Below, in pieces: positions 16,907 through 20,277 of a DNA stretch of 20,277 bases (positions are counted from its first letter, which is position 1; each line of letters begins with the position of its first letter). The notes beneath the pieces are model-generated. The model saw only the letters and a program-made list of their open reading frames with translations, was not told the origin of the DNA and searched no databases. Both the position numbers and the translations under genes were made by a program. The DNA is from Planctomycetota bacterium (GTDB taxonomy: Bacteria > Planctomycetota > UBA11346), in NCBI GenBank assembly GCA_027859175.1, contig JAQIBG010000068.1:1-20277 (forward strand). The letters are read 5' to 3'.

Positions 16907-18379
16907 TCACCCCCCGGAGGTGACGCCGGTGCGGAGGCCGTAGGCGGGGCCGTAGGGTGCCATGCCGACCATGATGTAGGGGTTGATGCAGGTGTCGTCG
17001 TGCTCGCTGGCGAAACGCCACATGCGGGAGCACAGGTCTTCGAGCTGTTGGGCGTAGCGCGGGTCGCCGTTGAGGTTGTGCTGCTCGTGCGGGTCGTTGC
17101 TGAGATCGTAGAGCTCGTCAAAGTCGTAACCGTTATACACGTACTTCCAGCCGTCGGCGGTGATCGAGCGCTGGATGCCGTACTGCTCGTTGCCGTTGGA
17201 CTGGGTAAACACCGCGGTACGCCAAGTGTCTGGCGTTTCGCCGCGTAGCCACGGCACGAGACTGTAGCCACTGCACGGCAGGTCGCTCTCGGTGCCGGTC
17301 AGTTCGAGTACGGTTGGCGCGACGTCGGTCAACGACACCGGCGCATCGACCACGCGGTCGCCCACGATGCCCGGCCCGGCGATCATCATCGGCACGTTGT
17401 AGGCGCCACGGAAACACGGCAGACCCTTGCACCACAAGCCGTGCTCGGCGGTGTAATCACCGTGATCCGAACAATACATCACAATCGTGTTGTCAGCCTG
17501 GCCACTGGCCTCCAAGGCCTCGAGCACTTGGCCAAACAGCCAGTCTTCATAGGTGCAGAAGGCCCAGTAGTGACGGATCGCCTCGCGATGTTCGTCGTCG
17601 GTGAGTTGATCGAAGAAACTGCGCGTGCGCTGATACAGATGTGGCCGGTCTGTGAGCGTGTCATGAAAGTTGGCCGGCAAGGGAATGTCGACATCGGCGT
17701 ACATGTCGAGAAAACGCTGCGGCACCACGTACGGATCGTGCGGCCCCAGCGTTCCGCAGTACAGGCACCACGGATCGCTAGTGGCGTCTTTGCTAGCCAG
17801 CACCTGCTTGGTCACATCAACCACGTGCTGGTCGCCGAAGGGCTGCTCGTTGATTCCATAGTGCACGTAATCGCGCCAGCCGGGGCGAACGATCTCGCCA
17901 GGCTTGCGTACACGCTCAGGGCGCGGCAAGTCTTCGGCCATCTTGGCGTAGCCGTCCCACTCGAGGCCCATGATGCCGGCATGATCTTTCTTGGGGCCAG
18001 CGTTGACGCGGTGCTCAGTCCAGGCGTAATCGCGCGGCCCCTGTTCATAGCTGACGTGCCATTTGCCGGAAAAATCACAGGTATAGCCGGCTGCCACCAA
18101 GTCGGTGCTCCACAGCCGCGTGCCGGGCTTGAGCCCGGTGGTCAGCGCGTTTTGCACCGTCACATTATTCCACACACCATGCTCGCTGGGATACACTCCG
18201 GTAAAGAAACTCGCACGCGATGGGCAGCAATGGGGTGACGGGCAGAAGGTCTCGCTAAAGGTCACGGCGCGACGGCGGAAGGCGTCGAGCACCGGGGTTT
18301 TGACCGGGTGGCCTTCGAGCACCACGTCGCCGCGCTGCTGATCGGTCATGAAGATCAGGATGTTTGGCTTGGCAGTCAT
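16907..18379 (-). CDS. Formylglycine-dependent (type I) sulfatase / arylsulfatase-family protein, 490 aa, no signal peptide
   Basis: N-terminal NILIFMTDQQRGD and sulfatase signature CCPSRASFFTG (C-x-P-S-R...TG). AAGGA RBS 7 nt upstream (revcomp of 18380-18400). Confidence 0.8.
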   Translation of the reverse strand: MTAKPNILIFMTDQQRGDVVLEGHPVKTPVLDAFRRRAVTFSETFCPSPHCCPSRASFFTGVYPSEHGVWNNVTVQNALTTGLKPGTRLWSTDLVAAGYTCDFSGKWHVSYEQGPRDYAWTEHRVNAGPKKDHAGIMGLEWDGYAKMAEDLPRPERVRKPGEIVRPGWRDYVHYGINEQPFGDQHVVDVTKQVLASKDATSDPWCLYCGTLGPHDPYVVPQRFLDMYADVDIPLPANFHDTLTDRPHLYQRTRSFFDQLTDDEHREAIRHYWAFCTYEDWLFGQVLEALEASGQADNTIVMYCSDHGDYTAEHGLWCKGLPCFRGAYNVPMMIAGPGIVGDRVVDAPVSLTDVAPTVLELTGTESDLPCSGYSLVPWLRGETPDTWRTAVFTQSNGNEQYGIQRSITADGWKYVYNGYDFDELYDLSNDPHEQHNLNGDPRYAQQLEDLCSRMWRFASEHDDTCINPYIMVGMAPYGPAYGLRTGVTSGG

Positions 18380-18474
18380 AAGGATGTCCTTCTACCGCTG
18401 ATCCTAACCGAGAAAGCCCATGAATCCATGTCAGCAAGCGTGGAACATGTCAAAAAACAGAGTACACTGCCGGC

Positions 18475-19290
18475 ATGGACCTGCCCCACCTTCGAACCCT
18501 CGGCCGCTGGCAGGCACAGCTGAGCGGGCATCCAGACGCGATAATCGCCGGTGGCTTCCTGGCCGGCAACCGCCTCCTGAGCGAGCGCCGCGACCCTGGC
18601 GGCAACGACTATCGCTGGCTCCTGCTGCTCGACGGCTCGGGCGCCGCCATCGACGAACACGGCGTTCGCCATGACCTCGGCCCCGGCAGCCTGTTCATTC
18701 GCGCGCCCCATACGCCGCATCGCATTATGCGCACCCAAGACGGCACTTGGCTGGAGTTTTTCCTGCGTCTTCCGCTGGCGCTGCATCGAGCCCTGGTCGA
18801 ACTCGGCGCCATCGACCCAGCCCAACGCATCGCCACCTGCCCAGTCACCGACGGTTTAGTGAGCGCTCTCGAGGCCTTCGTGACGCAACTTGCCGATAGC
18901 ACCCAGGCCGGCCAAGAAGCGCGGGCCATAGCCGCCGCGAGTTCGCTCCTGGCAACGATGAGCCAGCGCACCGCGCCACGGCCCGATGCGGTTGACCGGG
19001 TTCGCCAACAACTCGACGCCAAACCCGTCAACGCCGCATCAATTGCCAGCTTGGCAGCCGAAGCCGGCTTGAGTAACGACGCGCTACGCGCCGCCTTTCA
19101 CCGCCGCTTCGGCTGCACCCCGAAGGCCTATCACATCCGCGCCCGCGTCGCCGCGGCACAAGCCCTACTGCTCAGCGGCGCCAGCGTAGCCAGCACCGCC
19201 GAGCAACTCGGCTACCCCGATCCGTTCTGCTTTTCCAAGCAGTTCAGACGCGTGGTTGGCATCCCGCCGTCACGATTCCGCAATGCCTAG
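18475..19290 (+). CDS. AraC/XylS-family transcriptional regulator (271 aa), divergent from the sulfatase gene
   Basis: C-terminal AraC HTH ...ASIASLAAEAGLSNDALRAAFHRRFGCTPKAYHIRARVAAAQALLLSGASVASTAEQLGYPDPFCFSKQFRRVVGIPPSRFR. 95-bp divergent intergenic region (18380-18474). Confidence 0.8.
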   Translation: MDLPHLRTLGRWQAQLSGHPDAIIAGGFLAGNRLLSERRDPGGNDYRWLLLLDGSGAAIDEHGVRHDLGPGSLFIRAPHTPHRIMRTQDGTWLEFFLRLPLALHRALVELGAIDPAQRIATCPVTDGLVSALEAFVTQLADSTQAGQEARAIAAASSLLATMSQRTAPRPDAVDRVRQQLDAKPVNAASIASLAAEAGLSNDALRAAFHRRFGCTPKAYHIRARVAAAQALLLSGASVASTAEQLGYPDPFCFSKQFRRVVGIPPSRFRNA

Positions 19291-19314
19291 TCCCAAATTG
19301 CCTGCTTAACGTTC

Positions 19315-20013
19315 TCAGGACAGGTCGAACAACAAGAACTCAAGCTCGTCATCAGCCTGCATCGCAAGCTCGGCTTCGCCCTCGATCGCCACACCATCGC
19401 CGCGCTGAAGTTGCTGCGCACCGAGACTGCCGCTGCCGTTGACGATCTGCACCCAGGCCTTGCGATCGGCCTGCACCGGCAAGTTCAGTGAACTGCCAGC
19501 AGTGAGCTTCGCGGCGTACATGATCGCATCTTGGTGTATGCTCAGCGACGCATCGCGACCATCGCCACTGACCAAGGTATGCAGCACGTTTGGCTCTTCG
19601 TGGACAGCGAAGTGCCTCTGATCGTAACGCGGGCTATGACCCTCACGGTCAGGCATGATCCAGATCTGCAGCAGGCGAGTGGTACCCTCACCGGCGGCGT
19701 GCTCGCTGTGGGTGATGCCCGTGCCAGCCGACATGACCTGCACCTCGCCAGGGCTGACTACCCCCGATGAACCGGTCGAGTCTTTATGCGCCAGGCCGCC
19801 CACCACTGGATACGATATGATCTCCATATCGCGGTGCGGGTGCGTGCCGAAGCCTCCGCCAGCGGCAATCAAGTCATCATTGATAACGCGCAGCGCAGCA
19901 TATCCGAGCCGCTCGGGATCGTAGTGATTGCCGAATGAAAAACTGTGCCAGCTATCGAGCCACCCAAAGTTGGAGTGAAAGCGATCTTGTGCTGGGTGAT
20001 GAGACATGGTCAT
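19315..20013 (-). CDS. Pirin-family protein (bicupin; quercetin 2,3-dioxygenase-like, YhhW-type), 232 aa
   Basis: HPHRDMEIISYPVVGGLAHKDSTGSSGVVSPGEVQVMSAGTGITHSE matches the pirin N-terminal cupin motif. AGGAGA RBS 8 nt upstream of ATG (revcomp of 20014-20033). Confidence 0.85.
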   Translation of the reverse strand: MTMSHHPAQDRFHSNFGWLDSWHSFSFGNHYDPERLGYAALRVINDDLIAAGGGFGTHPHRDMEIISYPVVGGLAHKDSTGSSGVVSPGEVQVMSAGTGITHSEHAAGEGTTRLLQIWIMPDREGHSPRYDQRHFAVHEEPNVLHTLVSGDGRDASLSIHQDAIMYAAKLTAGSSLNLPVQADRKAWVQIVNGSGSLGAQQLQRGDGVAIEGEAELAMQADDELEFLLFDLS

Positions 20014-20041
20014 GGCGATTTCTCCTGTTTGCGTTCATCAC

Positions 20042-20063
20042 AATAGTCGTTTAAACGACTATT
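20042..20063. promoter_or_regulatory. Perfect 22-bp palindrome AATAGTCGTTT|AAACGACTATT about 30 bp upstream of the pirin start; candidate operator for a dimeric regulator
   Basis: Read directly. Located between the pirin RBS and MITE-A copy 2. Confidence 0.4.
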
Positions 20064-20096
20064 TCAAGAGGGAGTCCCGGAGTGTTGTGGCTGGGC

Positions 20097-20237
20097 GGGT
20101 TCCTGGTTCCTGGTGCGCGCTTCGCGCGTCGTCGGCATGGTCATCGGCTCTCGGCCGTCTGGGATGATGAGGCGTGACGCGCGCGAGCACCAGCCGGCAT
20201 CCAACGCGCCGAAGGCGCGCACCAGGAACCAGGAACC
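20097..20237. repeat. MITE-like element, family A, copy 2 (141 bp): TIRs (GGTTCCT)2+GGTGCGCGCTTCGCGCG / CGCGCCGAAGGCGCGCACC+(AGGAACC)2, different core from copy 1
   Basis: gggttcctggttcctggtgcgcgcttcgcgcg ... cgcgccgaaggcgcgcaccaggaaccaggaacc. Both copies are followed by (C)TCCCC.CC. Confidence 0.65.
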
Positions 20238-20277
20238 TCCCCTACCGCCCACCTCGAAATGCCGACGGACTCTGCCC

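Noticed and set aside
17441-18238. 265-aa + ORF inside the sulfatase gene (and 17133..17435, 16897..17271 minus)
   Set aside because: Antisense or out-of-frame. The 490-aa minus product has the sulfatase signature.
18376-18825. 149-aa minus ORF and 18609..19031 minus ORF opposite AraC no. 2
   Set aside because: Antisense shadows.

Overview
High-GC proteobacterial DNA, probably a gammaproteobacterium, in an accessory-looking context. The 20.3 kb window has two parts.

**Left half (1-10928): a membrane-remodelling / envelope-stress supercluster.**
- A minus-strand operon: a YqiJ/NfeD-like membrane protein, then a YqiK/flotillin (SPFH) protein, then a giant protein of more than 1620 aa that carries an AAA+ ATPase module and runs off the window.
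- Divergent from it: a PspA/IM30 (bacterial ESCRT-III superfamily) gene followed by a classical-clade AAA ATPase with a ~380 aa N-terminal domain of unknown function.

**Right half (10929-20277): catabolic and regulatory genes and mobile DNA.**
- A GntR-HTH/PBP hybrid regulator.
- A GH36-type alpha-galactosidase with a divergent AraC regulator.
- A formylglycine-type sulfatase with a divergent AraC regulator.
- A pirin.
- An IS110-family insertion sequence.

**Repeats.** Two new-looking families of MITE-like elements with long terminal inverted repeats are present:
- Family A has TIRs built from GGTTCCT heptads, in 2 copies. One copy is wedged exactly between the PspA-like stop codon and the AAA gene.
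- Family B is about 245 bp, in 2 copies flanking the GH36/AraC segment.

The IS110 element has inserted precisely into the right TIR of family-B copy 2. A CT core dinucleotide sits at both junctions. Its left non-coding end contains short motifs matching both halves of the target, which suggests a bridge-RNA guide.

A REP-like palindromic doublet sits inside the flotillin operon, and a perfect 22-bp palindrome lies upstream of pirin.

Many long ORFs in the six-frame track are antisense shadows of real genes, as expected for high-GC DNA, and were rejected.
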